This document shows, in pieces, positions 14,878 to 28,240 of a stretch of DNA of 64,000 bases; the first letter of the stretch is position 1, and every line of letters starts with the position of its first letter. Below the pieces are notes generated by a model. The model was not told where the DNA came from. It did no database searches and worked only from the letters and a program-made list of their open reading frames with translations. Origin of the DNA: Macrostomum lignano (lineage: Eukaryota); contig NIVC01003280.1 in assembly GCA_002269645.1 (NCBI GenBank), forward strand, positions 43,340-107,339. Reading direction: 5' to 3'. Both the position numbers and the translations under genes were made by a program.

Positions 14878-16354
14878 TTAAGTGTCTTATCTCTAAATTG
14901 AACTTTCGCCCCCTGATTTTTGCTTCTTACTTTGCCCTTTAGAGAACCTTTTTTATTTGCTCAGACTTTTCCTAATTTCTAATCCCTATATAAACTTTTA
15001 AAAATATTCGTAACTATATTAGACTACTGCATCGATCTTTTTTGCATTTGCAAAAAGAAAAATTTGCTGAAAAGGCAATGCTGAGATCGATTCATTCATG
15101 CATCGAAGCATTTAGCAAAGTGAGATGTTATTCTGCTATTAGCTATACTACTGCTAGCATGTTATTCACTAGTATAGCGTCCTGACGTGTTAAGTCGTCC
15201 AATACAAACTTACAAAGAATAATAAGATTTAATTACATTTATATGATGGTCCAATATTGTTTTAAACTCATTTTTGCACGTGTGATGGCGTGTCAAAGGC
15301 AAAAATCCCAAAATTTGTCTACATGTAATGTAGCTCAGTTGACATGCAATGATCGAGGAACCAAAAGCACGACTATACATGTATATTGAGTATATCTACT
15401 GTATGTACCATCTACTGTACATGTACGGGCGTGGTTGCATAAATTAATGAACCAGAAGTTCTCTGTTTGTCTGTCCGTGCATCTCAAGGCCCGTGCAACA
15501 TTACCATCGATATAATTGCATTATATTGATACACGGAAACATATGTAGAGAAACGGTGTGATACAATGTACGTGTACATGCAAGATGCACGGCTCCTCTT
15601 GAAGAGATCTCCAAGCTTAGCAGACTACTATAAAAGTAGTAAGATAAAAACATGAATAATCTATTTAAAAACTAACATGAGTCATACTCTAATTTCAGTA
15701 ATGCCTGCAATATCACGTAAACAGCGAGTGATCATTACATAGTCCGAAAAACCGGCCGGTTTTCAACCGATATTTCCAAATATGGTAAATGTCAGTTTAA
15801 ATGCGACCTAAGCTTCACCCCTTTTCTACGTAAAACCCCACCGGTCAATGGACAAAGTACATTTCTTGATTGTTATCAATGAAACCGGTTTGGGGCTCAA
15901 GGTCGAATAAAAGTGTAAAAATACAAGCGAGAAATCCGAGCTGAAACCTCAGACTCAGAGCAGCCTTAAGAAATCTTGGGCTTAGCCAGAGCTACTAAGC
16001 AAGGCTATATCTCTGAGAGAGACAAACACAAATTGGTAAGCCTTTGTTAGAGTCTTTGTTACTTGAGTCTTTGTTATTCGATTATTAAGAGCTGTGTCAT
16101 TGCCGGCCGTTACTGATCAGTCGATTTATTAAGTTATTGAATTTGAGGCCGCCTATTCATAAGGGATTGGATAGGATCTGCGGACCGATTCCAATACTCT
16201 TAGTCGATTATTGATTGATTGATTTTGGTACCCTAGAGTAACCGATAGGAGCACACGACTCCGATTCCGTTATTTCTAGAAGAAGACCCCCTTTCGGAGG
16301 ACTTCGTCATTGTTATAGAGTTGAATTTGTTATTAGGGCGCATCTCTGATCTCA

Positions 16355-17238
16355 GCACTCGAGGAAAATAATGGTTTCTGCACTCGAGGAATATATCGAT
16401 TTCTGCACTCGAGCAATATATCGATTTCTGCACTCGAGGAATATATCGATTTCTGCACTCGAGCAATATATCGATTTCTGCACTCGAGGAAAATAATGGT
16501 TTCTGCACTCGAGGAAAATATCGATTTCTGCACTCGAGCAATATATCGATTTCTGCAATCGAGGAATATATCGATTTCTGCAATCGAGGAATATAATGGT
16601 TTCTGCACTCGAGCAATATATCGATTTCTGCAATCGAGGAATATATCGATTTCTGCAATCGAGCAATATATCGATTTCTGCACTCGAGGAATATATCGAT
16701 TTCTGCACTCGAGCAATATATCGATTTCTGCAATCGAGCAATATATCGATTTCTGCACTCGAGGAATATATCGATTTCTGCACTCGAGCAATATATCGAG
16801 TTCTGCAATCGAGGAATATATCGATTTCTGCAATCGAGGAATATATCGATTTCTGCACTCGAGGAATATATCGATTTCTGCACTCGAGGAATATATCGAT
16901 TTCTGCACTCGAGGAATATATCGATTTCTGCACTCGAGCAATATATCGAGTTCTGCAATCGAGGAATATATCGATTTCTGCAATCGAGCAATATATCGAT
17001 TTCTGCACTCGAGCAATATATCGATTTCTGCAATCGAGGAATATATCGATTTCTGCAATCGAGGAATATATCGATTTCTGCAATCGAGGAATATATCGAT
17101 TTCTGCAATCGAGGAATATATCGATTTCTGCACTCGAGCAATATATCGATTTCTTCACTCGAGGAATATATCGATTTCTGCATTCGAGCAATATATCGAT
17201 TTCTGCAATCGAGGAATATAATGGTTTCTGCACTCGAG
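16355..17238. repeat. 25-bp minisatellite (~35 copies)
   Basis: tcgag(g/c)aatatatcga(t/g)ttctgca(c/a); source of the ORFs at 16233-17294. Confidence 0.97.
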
Positions 17239-18438
17239 AAACATATTGTCGTCGACGGACTATGTTACTAAGCTCTCTTATTCGGCCGATTTAGAATTCA
17301 AGAAGACTACTCCGGAGGAAGAAGATTCGAAGAGACGAGTTCGGAGAACCTGCCCGACAAAGAAGAGGAGCCCGCATCAGTAAGTGATTACTGAATTCTG
17401 TTACCAGGCTTAAGGTCTGGAAGTGGGAGTTTTCGAGTGACTGAATACTACTCTTAAACTCTTCACTCTTATCGTAGCAATGTCACATGTAGCTCGTATA
17501 TAGACATTCGCGGTGTGCTACGCTATGCGCTACGCTACGCTATGCGCGTACGTGGTCTTATAATTTTAGGCGGTGCAGCACTCGCAAGAGCGTCGAGCCA
17601 AGCAGTACATCCCCATTTGATTTTGATATACCTTTTACTATAGAGTAGGCTAGCGTACATGTGTAGCTAGGCTACATAAAATATGCACTAGGCTATACTA
17701 TCACATGTCATGGACAACTAGTTGTCCATGTCACATGTACAGTGTGTACTTTTTGCCATAAAATTCAACTATTGTGATTGACCTGTACGAATGAATACTC
17801 GTACATGAATGTAAATCAATGTAAGAAATGAGAGTATATGTATACGAAATTAGCAATTGCAGTGTATTTGCTTTAAAATAAAAGAACATGAAGCACATGT
17901 ACATTGAGTAAAGTATAAAATGTCACAGCGCTTAGTATAATGTTACAAGGACCACTAGCTACCGGTAAAACACTACGACGACGATGGACATATCGCTTTC
18001 AAACTTTTTTCATGCATGTACATATAGTGTGAAAGTACATGCACGGAAAGTGTACATAAGGCTTGATGAATAAGGAAAAATGTATTACATTGATGCAGAT
18101 TGGTTTGTATATTGTAGCGCATAAGTAGATTTTGCATTGTTTTAATTATCACAATAAATGTTTTACGTACTGAAATAAAAATTTCAAATAATACCAGTCA
18201 TTGCAGACAACGAGGATAAATTTAATATATGTAAAATTATCGTTTAAAGTCTGCCAGTCATAGATAAACCACATTAGCCAACAAAGGCATTTACACGTAG
18301 TAGTTGCTCGTTGAATATGTCATCGCTGTTGTTTTACTGCGAGCACGGAAGTTAAGAGAGTTTTTTACCATAAATTTATAGTTAAGTCTCATTTCCAACG
18401 AATTTAAACGTATAGTAACTCTTATAGCATAAAGGCTC

Positions 18439-21400
18439 TCACCGTGAAACATCCTCATTGAAAATCATATTAGCCAAATCGCTAGACAATATCTTTAGCG
18501 CTGCCTCGTCATCATCCAGCTTCTTGGCCTCGAAACCCGACCAGGCCAAGTTCGCTGGCAGATCGTCAGTCTTCTCGTTGACGAAGATTCCTTGAAATCG
18601 ATGCTTCTCAGTTAGCAAGAGGGTTGTCAAGCTGTGCCTGGATCCATCTGAGAGGGTGTCGATCTGCAATAAGGGAAATAAAAACGATTACAGGTCTTTC
18701 TCGTTGTCCTTGTCTGTCATTTGCTATTGAAGTTTTCCATCCGACAGTACAAGGACCACTAGGAACACTTCGTTATATAAGGACGTTACACTCTCGATTC
18801 GTGTAAAAATAGTTGAAGGCCGATTTTCGTTCTCGTATACATTATTATAATATTAGAGGAGAAAGACTTTAAAGCATAAAGACCAAATTATGCGGGTTCT
18901 GTATATGATGTTCACTCTGATATATTTTCAGAAACGTCACAAAATTTTGCATTCACATAAATGTGCGTAAGATTTTCAGCTACTTATTAATTTTACTTTC
19001 TAAACTTGAAGATTTGGATAGCTACCAGACGCCCAAAAATAGGGTGTCTCCATTGTACAGGATTTTCTTGCATCTATACATCTAGTGGGAAACTAAACTA
19101 ACTGGTTTACTTGGTAGTAGGGGACAAAAATCTGAACAATTTGGCGAAAAAATCAACATTCTACATGCAATCGATTCGGAGATACAGGCATTTAAACAAT
19201 CGGCCTTCAACTGTTTTTGCACGATTTGCAAGTGTTTCAAGTCTAGTAGTCCTTGCGACGGTAACCATGAAGTACATGTAAGTTCCCTTTGAATTTGTTC
19301 TGAATCAGTTTCCCTGCTAGATAATTTGACATTATTTGAGTTTCCATGCCCGTACATGTACATCTGGGAAGAATCGATGCGAGAGAAAATTATAACACCC
19401 ATGTACTTGCCCGAAAGCTATCAAAAGCCGAATCGGCGCTCATAAACACGACAAGATTCGAACTTCCGACCAATTGTCGCGTCAGACTTTGCAGACCAAC
19501 AACCTTTACCACCTCGACGCCAGCGGCAGCCGCTGTCAGCGCGTGCTGGAACCGCCGCACAGTTGTCCGGCTAATGGCGTTGACATTTTCCAGTTCGGGC
19601 AGCACTAGGAGAATGAGCTTCCGTGCATTTCTCAGCCGACGATGACAGTACACGATCAGCATCAATACTGACACTGGCACTAGCAATACTGCGACAAACA
19701 CCAGCAAAATTACGGTTGTAGCAAATGTTTCAACTCTGTCAGCATAATCAGTTTGGTCCAGGGACATCGGCTTAGCCGGACAAAGTTTGCAGCTATCGAA
19801 TAGAGCCTCCTCAAGATGGCAAAGCTGCGGATGAAGCAGCTTCTCTGCCGAGCCGTCTGCGTTACGTTTGCAGGGGATTAGCGTTAATCCATTAGGTTGT
19901 ATGAGTTGAAATATTGAATTCCTCCCACTAAAAGACTCACCTGACCCGCGGATTGCGAAAAACATTCGCCTACTCGTACAGCATTTTCGACTGCTATTTG
20001 CAAACCTTGGACGAAACTGAAAATCAAAATTGGCAATGATTGGCATTCGAAAACCTACTCTAAAAGAACCATTTTTACGTGAAAGAAACGTGAGACAGGT
20101 ACACACATCAATCCGAATGAGAAGGCCAGCGGCAGGTGATATTCGAACTACGACCGACTGTTTGACCCACAGATTGCGTCTCTGAAGCCAACATGAGTGC
20201 GATTGGATGTACAATCGGTTGGGTGGAATTGAAAAGCTTTTTTGAGCGAGATAATTTCCGAGTTAATACGCTCGTGCGAGCACTTACATAAAAAATATCT
20301 GAGACATTCTGGAGATACTGCACCAAATCAACGGTGCTACTATAAAAAGCTACCCGCACCAGGAGCCTTGATGGACTCACCATTTTGTCGCTGAACTCGT
20401 AGCTGTCAGCGCTCCAAACAGACGGTTCATTCAGAGTCAGGCGCAGCCCGCCAACCCAGCCGCTCCGCAGGTAGGCCGTCATGTTGCAGCGGAAGTCGCT
20501 GCCATCGTCACCGCAGGCGCCGCAGCGTCGCGCCGCCAGCTGCACCAGCGGCCGGTCGTCGCCCGCCGACCTGGTGAAGAAGAATCGAACTCGGGGCTGC
20601 TCGCACAGCCTGGACCCGCTGGCCAGCTTGAAGACCTTCATCGTGTAGGATCTGGTCGGACGGAGGCTCAGTTGAAGCCGCAGTCGTCGCCGCTTACCGT
20701 CGGCCATCTGGTTGCAGACGGTCAGCCTCCGACATCTGTGCTCAGAGGCGCCCATCGAGTCGGAGGCTTCGCCCAGAACGATGAGCAGCGAGTCTGACGG
20801 AGTCAGGCAGTGCTCCAGCTCGAAGGAGCCGATAATGAGGCCGCTGGCAGTGTCTGAGAACTCGGTGCTCTGAAGGCTGTCAGCTGACTGAGCCGTCTGT
20901 ACGCTGTAGTTGTACAGGGAGGCTGTGGGAGAGTGCATTTGAGCAGCTGGCTCTGAGCGGTTGTACAGGGAGGCTGTGGGAGAGTGCATTTGAGCAGCTG
21001 GCTCTGAGCGGTTGTACAGGGAGGCTGTGGGAGAGTGCATTTGAGCTGTGCATTTGAGCAGCTGGCTCTGAGCAGTTGTACAGGGAGGCTGTGGGAGAGT
21101 GCATTTGAGCAGCTGGCTCTGAGCGGTTGTACAGGGAGGCTGTGGGAGAGTGCATTTGAGCAGCTGGCTCTGAGCAGTTGTACAGGGAGGCTGTGGGAGA
21201 GTGCATTTGAGCAGCTGGCTCTGAGCAGTTGTACAGGGAGGCTGTGGGAGAGTGCATTTGAGCAGCTGGCTCTGAGCAGTTGTACAGAGAGGCTGTGGGA
21301 GAGTGCATTTGAGCAGCTGGCTCTGAGCGGTTGTACAGAGAGGCTGTGGGAGAGTGCATTTGAGCAGCTGGCTCTAAGCAGTTGTACAGGGAGGCTGTGG

Positions 21401-21789
21401 GAGAGTGCGTTTGAGCAGCTGGCTCTGAGCGGTTGTATAGTGAGGTTGTGGGAGAGCAAGATAGAACATGAAAACCATATAAAAATCGGTTGCTCTAATC
21501 GGCAAAAACCGATGTCCATGCTAAAATATAAAATTGTTACCGTCCATTTTTGGGCAGTTAGTCTCGTGCAGTGAGTCAGTTGGACCAAATTGTATTTTTT
21601 TAGGAATCTGAAATTCATTACGGTGCACTTTCAGTTCAAAAGTAAATGGATGCGTTTAGGTTTTTATACCAGTGTTTGCATTGGACCTACCTCCAGGTTG
21701 CAGTCTGCAGTTGAAACTTCAGTGCTAGAGACACCAACTATCATGATGAAGGCGGTACAGCAAGCAGACAGTATATTGGCATTCGACAT
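18439..21789 (-). CDS. Putative type I single-pass receptor with a SEFIR/TIR-like cytoplasmic domain (IL-17 receptor-like)
   Basis: Model exons: 21789-21691 (MSNANILSACCTAFIMIVGVSS signal peptide; GT donor); 20896-20288 (Cys-containing ectodomain); 20181-19411 (possibly containing two short in-frame introns; TM segment VILLVFVAVLLVPVSVLMLIVY then RRLRNARK; GC donor CGG|gcaagt); 18663-18439 (TGA). Junctions are phase-compatible. The SEFIR resemblance was judged by eye only. Confidence 0.65.
20905..21432. repeat. 51-bp minisatellite (~10 copies) in the first intron of the receptor gene
   Basis: gagcagctggctctgagc(g/a)gttgtacagggaggctgtgggagagtgcattt. Confidence 0.96.
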
Positions 21790-23317
21790 GCTGATGAAAG
21801 ACCTCGGGCGTAACCGCAATTGCAATTCCGTAAAAGTATTTTGTAAGGAAATGCCAGTTATTGAAACGCAAGTATTGGCATTCATTTTATAGACATCTGC
21901 TTTTTAGCAACACAAGAGACTTCGCCTGCAGTGATCCTTTAAACTGCCAATCCATTTGTATGCGTGGAGTTAATGTAAACAGACGGCATCTATGCATTGG
22001 CTAGAAATGTTTTAGCGGGCCCAAACTTCAGTCGCCAATATTTAACTTCGTGATGGTTGCGCGCGCAACTTCAAGATGAAAAAGGCTGATTTAATGTCAT
22101 AAAGCTTTCCGTCGCACGGAATGAATGCTACTTTTTCTCGATGCATGTGATATGATGCATGTGAGCCTTCAAAACCTCTGACTATCGTGTCTTGGAGCAT
22201 AGAAATCAGTGATGGGTTCGGCCTTCAAAACCTCTGGCTATCGGGTCTCGGATCACAGAAATCAGTGATGGGTTCGGTATCACTAATTGCACTGCATCTT
22301 TGATTATGGCAGTACATCAATTAATTATGGCAGTAAAAGTTAAATAAAAGTGTGTAGTGCATGCGCCCTTGTCGGTTGGCAGGGCGCGTTGCACTTTGGG
22401 GCTGGCTAGGGGGGTTGGCGGGCGTGGCAGGGTCTGGCCGGCGGCCGGGCTTTGCGCGTGCCCCTCCCCAGCCGTGCCCCTGCCCCGTGCTCAGGGCTGG
22501 TTGGCTGCGGCCGGGCCAGCTTTGGCGCGGGTGCGGCCCCTCCCCCCCAGGCGGGGTTTTGATTGGCTGGCCGGCGCGGCCAGTCACTTTTCTTTGGTAG
22601 TTGCTTGTTTTGTGGGCTTAGCCGGTGGAGCCGTCTGCCCCACGGTTTGGGGTATTTATTGCGTGACTCTGGGTTTTGCCCACGCCCTGCGTACATTTTG
22701 TGTTTTTGTGTGCTCCGAGATAGCAAGCGCGAGACTTGACTTAAGTAAGAAACAGCGACATTAGCTACCTACGATAACAGAAACCCGAGAGCCCAATTGA
22801 GAAGTCAGTCTTTGAAAAGAGTCTTTTAGAATTGAGAAGAAGTTAGAAGCCGCGCTTGAGACCCACGACTCGCCACGAGCCAATCAACAAACGTGCGAAC
22901 CTGCGCTTGAGACCTACGAGCAATAAACGTGCGAACAGTCATTTGGCCACTGGTAAGCCGCCTGCTGCTTGAGTTCACTATTTTCTGGGGAGCTTGTTAG
23001 GCTGCAGGGAGTTCTTGCAGAGCGTCATAACGCCGGGAGAGCATATAGCTTATTGTAGTACTGTACCGGTTACTTTATATAGTGTGTACAACCTACAGTA
23101 TCGAAACTAGAAGCACTCGAGAGTGTCACCACACCTCGAGCCGCAGCGTGAACTCTGAGTGTCACAACACCAGAGGGATCGACCTATTATCGCAGAGCGT
23201 CGTCACGCCTGCTCGTATCCATAAAAGTACAGACAGAGCGTCACTAAGCCTGTTATATTACGTATAATATATCGTACTCGAGACTGGGCACCCAAACCGA
23301 CTTGGGTTACGACAAAT

Positions 23318-23335
23318 TGGCGCCCGAACAGGGAT
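23318..23335 (+). promoter_or_regulatory. Primer-binding site complementary to the tRNA-Lys(UUU) 3' end
   Basis: tggcgcccgaacagggat lies 3 nt after the LTR CA; 17/18 identity to the canonical tRNA-Lys3 PBS TGGCGCCCGAACAGGGAC. Confidence 0.92.
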
Positions 23336-23365
23336 CCTGTCCCTCTGAGTAGAAGTCTGATAGAC

Positions 23366-23703
23366 CGTGATAGATTGTCAGCGACGGTTAGCGATTATCA
23401 GCGATAGTCAGCGATTGTCAGCGATTGTCAGCGACTGTTAGAGATTGTCAGCGGTTGTAAGCGATTGTTAGCGATTGTCAGCGATTGTCCACGACTGCAA
23501 GCGATTATCAGCGATTGTCAGCGATTGTCAGCGATTGTCAGCGGTTGTAAGCGATTGTCAGCGATTGTCAGCGACTGCAAGCGATTATCAGCGATTGTCA
23601 GCGATTGTCAGCGATTTTCAGCGATTGTCAGCGATTGTCAGCGATTGTCAGCGATTGTCAGCGATTGTCAGCGACTGTTAGCGATTGTCAGCGATTGTCA
23701 GCG
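23366..23703. repeat. 10-bp tandem array in the Gypsy leader
   Basis: gcgattgtca x ~33, ending directly at the gag ATG (23704). Confidence 0.95.
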
Positions 23704-26700
23704 ATGGACGACGAAGCCGTTGACCGACTTATCGAGGCACTGACGCTGCGAGTTCGGGCCAACGCTGAGCGCGCGGCCCCAAGGCCAACCAAGCCAACAA
23801 AGTATTTGCCGACGATGAATTTCAATCTCTGGCTGTAGAGTTTTAATGCGTACTGCGAGGCCGTCGAGAAAGCGAAAGACGACCTCACCTAGTCAGCCTA
23901 CTGGATCTGACAACGGCATACGCTGCGGTGGATAAGATGGAACTCTCCGATGATCTTGAGTATGAGGACTTCGTCGACAGACTTCGAGAGCGCTTTACAA
24001 TGCACCGGAGTGTGCAAGATGATCGATTCGAGCTTTCCAACCGGGATCAGAGCGAGCGTGAGACTTTCGAAACATATGGAGACGAACTTCTCGAACTAGT
24101 CCGCAGTGGCTTCCCGAATGTGGACGCTGACACTCGTACTGAGCTAGCCAAGGATCGATTCCTCAAAGGCGTTCGAGTGTCCGATTCGGTGAGAGAGAGG
24201 CTCTTCCTGGAGATGGAAGTAGAACAGAGGATGTGTCGGCTTGACAGAAAATTTTGCGGGAAGCACCCTTACTTCCGGACAACGCCTGGCGAAGGCTGTA
24301 GTAGTTGCCTACAGAAGTAGGACGCGTACCAGTCTGCTTGATGAATCTTACAGACGAGCCTGTGAAACTGAGAAGGGGCAGTGTGCAAGGTTGGTACTTC
24401 CCGCTGGACCCCACGGAGCCGCTGAACAACTTAAAGATCCTCTCAATGGAGCCTACAGAGAAGACCGACCAGCAAGAAGAAAACGACAGAGATGGGACCG
24501 AACTCATTCCAAACGAGTATGGTACCTGTGGCCTCTCTCCCGAAGAGGACAAGGAATTTAAAAACTTGGTTAGCAATTTCAAGGACGTGTTCGTTACATC
24601 ACAGTCACCGTACCGTAAGACAAGCGTCGTCGAACACGAGATCGATACGGGAGCGTCTCGACCGATCAAAATCCCGCCAAGACGATTGCCACCGCATCTC
24701 GCGGAGGAGGTGAATCGTCAGATTGACGGACTACTCAAAGACGGACAAATCGAAGAAGCCCAGTCATCTTGGAGAATGACTGATGTGGAGAACATGTCTC
24801 GCCTACATGGATGACGTGCTAGTATGGTCGACGGACGTGAAGGAGCACCCAACGAGGCTTGAGGAAATCTTTGGCAGACTTCGCGAAGCAAACCTGTGCC
24901 TGAAGCCACAAAAATGCCATTTTTTGCTGGCCGAAGCGGAGTTCCTCGGTCATAAGATCTCGGCATTCGGCGTGAGCACCGAATCGTAGGTACAGGAGAT
25001 AGAATCCTGGCCTACACCAGCGAACGTCGCCGAACTTAGATCGTTTCTGGGCCTGTGTGGATACTAAAGAAACTTTATCCAAGGTTTTGCTAAAGTCGCT
25101 TCCCCGTTGACTCGACTCACGGCCAAGGGCGTCGCATTCACGTGGAACGAAGAGCAGCAAAAAGCATTCGAGTCTCTGAAGAGTCGGCTAACGAGTGCTG
25201 AAGTCATGTCTTATCCGGATTTCTCCCCTGAAGCTGGCGAGTTCATTCTAGATACCGATGGCAGCTCAAAGCTGGGAATTGGAGCCGTGCTGTTGCAAGT
25301 CCAGGCCGACGGTACTGAGCACGTAATCGCCTACGCCTCGAAAACGTTAAATCAAACAGAGCGAAATTATTGCACAGCTCAGTCAGAACTTCTGGCTGTA
25401 GTGACCTTCGTCTCTCAGTTCCGCTATTTACTTGCTGGGGAAACCGTTCTGCTTGCGAACAGATCATAGTAGCTTACAATGGCTCCAGAATTTCCGAGAT
25501 GCAGAAGGACAAGTCGCCCGCTGGCTAGAGAAGCTTGCAGCGTTTCAGTATCGGATCGTACACAGACCGGGGCGTAACCATGGAAACGCAAATGCTTTAT
25601 CGAGGAAACCAAGTCGACGACATCCAGGCGCTTCGACTTGTCCGTCCTGTGCCTGCAAAACAACGATCCTGAACGCGATTGGTTTCGAATCGACGTCACC
25701 AGCGGACCTGGCACGTGAGCAACGCAACGATCCTGACCTGGCAGTTGTGCGTGAAGCGCTGAGGAGCAATAGAGAACTCGCAAGGGAAAAACTATAAAGA
25801 GCTGGAGCCTGACCGCAAGAAGCATCTGGGCCCGTAAGGAAGACTTGTTGCTTCAAGAAAAGGTGCTCTTCGTCAAGGACCAAAGACGAGGGAGCAACAG
25901 AACTTAATCCTGCCGGTCGGTTTAATGTCGGAAACTTTGAAGAATCTGCATCAAGGTGTGGGAGGGGGCCATGCCGGTTTCTTGAAGACAAAGTTCAAAG
26001 TTCAGCAAAGATTTTGGCCTTATTTTGATATTTTTATTTTTTATTTATTAAAGGCTGTAGAGTTTTAAAAATAATTTGTAGGCCTGAAAAGCTATATTTT
26101 GTCTTTGTTTTTTTTTTCTCCGAAGGTAAATGGCTAATATTTAATTTTATACTTTGGCTTGGCTTAGCACGTACATCTCCGCACGTATCTGTTTCCCCAT
26201 AGATATTCGTATTGATATTCAATTTCTAACAAATGCAACAAAATAAACTCACTTGTACAGCTCGGATTTGCATGAAAATTTACAGAAAAATTATTACACA
26301 CAAAACAAACACCTCTGTGAAACTTCAAGTCCATCAGACCACGCAAAGCGGAATGGCAAGATTTTTAAAGGTGCTCGTATATCGTATTTATATGATGCAC
26401 ATATAGCTTGCTAAGCGCGATGCAACGCGAAGTGCAATACCTGCATAGGCCCGTATATTAAATGTTACATGTACCCAGCTCATGCATGCGTGACTGCGAA
26501 TTATGTCGGCACTGTTTTGGTGAGTATTCCACTTACGTTGCAAATGTAAAATTCAATTAGCAGAATGCAATTTTCATTGCTACAATGCAATAACTATTGT
26601 CCACAAACATTTCTGTTTGTTAACCCTATACCAATTCAGTCTCTGATCGTAGCTGCGTAATAAGTCATATTAGCGGAACGGCCGGAGGGAGAGAACAAAG

Positions 26701-28240
26701 GCAACAATTGGATAGCACGCGCAAAACATCCTACCGCCCTGTATGGGCAACTTACGAGACACGAGTATATTTGGAAAGCATTCGAAAAAACTATTTGGAA
26801 GAGTAAAAGGTAAACGAAGCGAAAGGAAAAAAGAAGTTGCAGGAATTGCGAGAAAGAGGGCTAAAAGCAGAAAAAACGCATGCAAGCTGGCGAGGAGAGA
26901 CAGGCTGAGGCGGGCACAACGCACGGGGCTAAAAAGGCCCCACAGACACCCACCCCCGCCCCGGGGGCGGCGCACCCACCCCCGGACCAAGCACCCCCAA
27001 ACACGGGCGACGACAAGCCCCCCCCCCGGCCCCGCTAACAGCGATTGGCCAGCCAATCTACCACTAAGTCTGAATTACTAACACGAGCCAAATATTGCAT
27101 GTACATGTATAAGCCAGCCCTGTGAAGCGCAGGTGCCAAGTAGACTCCTCATGCTGAAACCTCATGTTGGCACGCAAGCCCGGCACGAAAATAACGCGAC
27201 ATTTGGCCTAATTTCTACACCACTCTATGCAACGGTTGGGATATGCAGCTTGGGTTTAAAAAAATACAAACTTGTTTCGAAATTTTCAAAGTGACAGTCG
27301 CTGAGAACTTTTGCTGTATTAAGTATTACATGTTACGTACATGTGCATATATGCATATGCACGCGTACTTCTAATGACATCAATAAAAGCGAGAACAGTT
27401 TTGATGAAATGCATGTAACCAATAAAAAGGTTATAACAGGAATTTAAATTACAACAAAGATGAATAACTAAATAGATTTACATACAAAATGTACTGATCG
27501 AACATTTAAAATTTTCAGTTTGGCCCATAATCGCTCCATACCAACCAAAGATCGAGCATGTGTTCCCTAATAATATCACTCATAGTAGTCATCACGCTGT
27601 TGTCAAGCTCTCGATTAAATCGGAGCCACAAAGATCCACTGTGGCGAGAGGTCCTACTCGTACTTTTAGTGTAGAAGAGGCCCGATTGAAAACCCTAAGA
27701 AGTCCCATGAAAGTTGCTAACTCGACTATTTAAATGAGCGCTGCTCACTCTCTGAAAGAATATATCGAACACCTGCATGGGCCGGTTAGAGCCCCCTGCT
27801 TTGTTCGAGTGGGAATGGTTGTTCGCCTGTTCATGTCCATGTCGGTCGGAGACCAGAGGTCTCACCAACTCTATCTATAGGTCCTTATAAATTGATTATA
27901 TTGCATTACATGGCTCGTAATCGAACATCTGCATAGGGGGATGAAAAAAGCGGGTGAACAAACAAAAACAACGGGATGGCAGGGCGGCCATACATATTTT
28001 TCTAGGTCACTGTTTAAATCTGACATCATGAAATCGGAGACGCAGTCAGAAAATTAGCAGCAAAAAGCAGCAGCCTCACGACCCTTTTGTACATGGAAGA
28101 TTGGCCGTCGCGACTGCCACAGGTGCACTCAGAACCAGATCTAGAGAACCTCTTTCTCCAAAAAATAAGGAACTGGAGAGGTCCATTTACGAGTAATGGC
28201 GACATTCACGTACATGTACAGTTGTGTAAAAATCAAGTAA

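Larger units (their letters stand above)
22351..26020 (+). mobile_element. Decayed, 3'-truncated Gypsy (Ty3) LTR retrotransposon
   Basis: 5' LTR ends ...ttacgaCA at 23314 (its start near TGT 22351 is approximate), followed by the PBS. Gag-like region 23704-24230 with in-frame stops. Pol fragments: EHEIDTGASRPIKIPPRRLP (RT N-terminus), LAYMDDVLVWS (YxDD), FILDTDGS...VIAYASKTLNQTERNY (RNase H), LRTDHSSLQWL...HRPGRNHGNANALSR, and integrase Zn-binding start LHQGVGGGHAG at ~25947-25980. The order RT-RH-IN indicates Gypsy. Sequence breaks into AT-rich DNA at ~26020. Confidence 0.93.

Noticed and set aside
16233-17294. CRISPR-like array or repeat-protein gene
   Set aside because: Contiguous 25-bp monomers with no unique spacers, no cas genes and a eukaryotic context; the ORFs are repeat translations.
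22351-26020. Intact, active Gypsy element
   Set aside because: In-frame stops, frameshifts, internal deletions, no integrase core and no 3' LTR.
26650-27090. GC-rich block as a second (inverted) copy of the Gypsy LTR
   Set aside because: It shares only composition and a CCAAT-like gattggctggcc motif with 22351-22760; no extended alignment visible.
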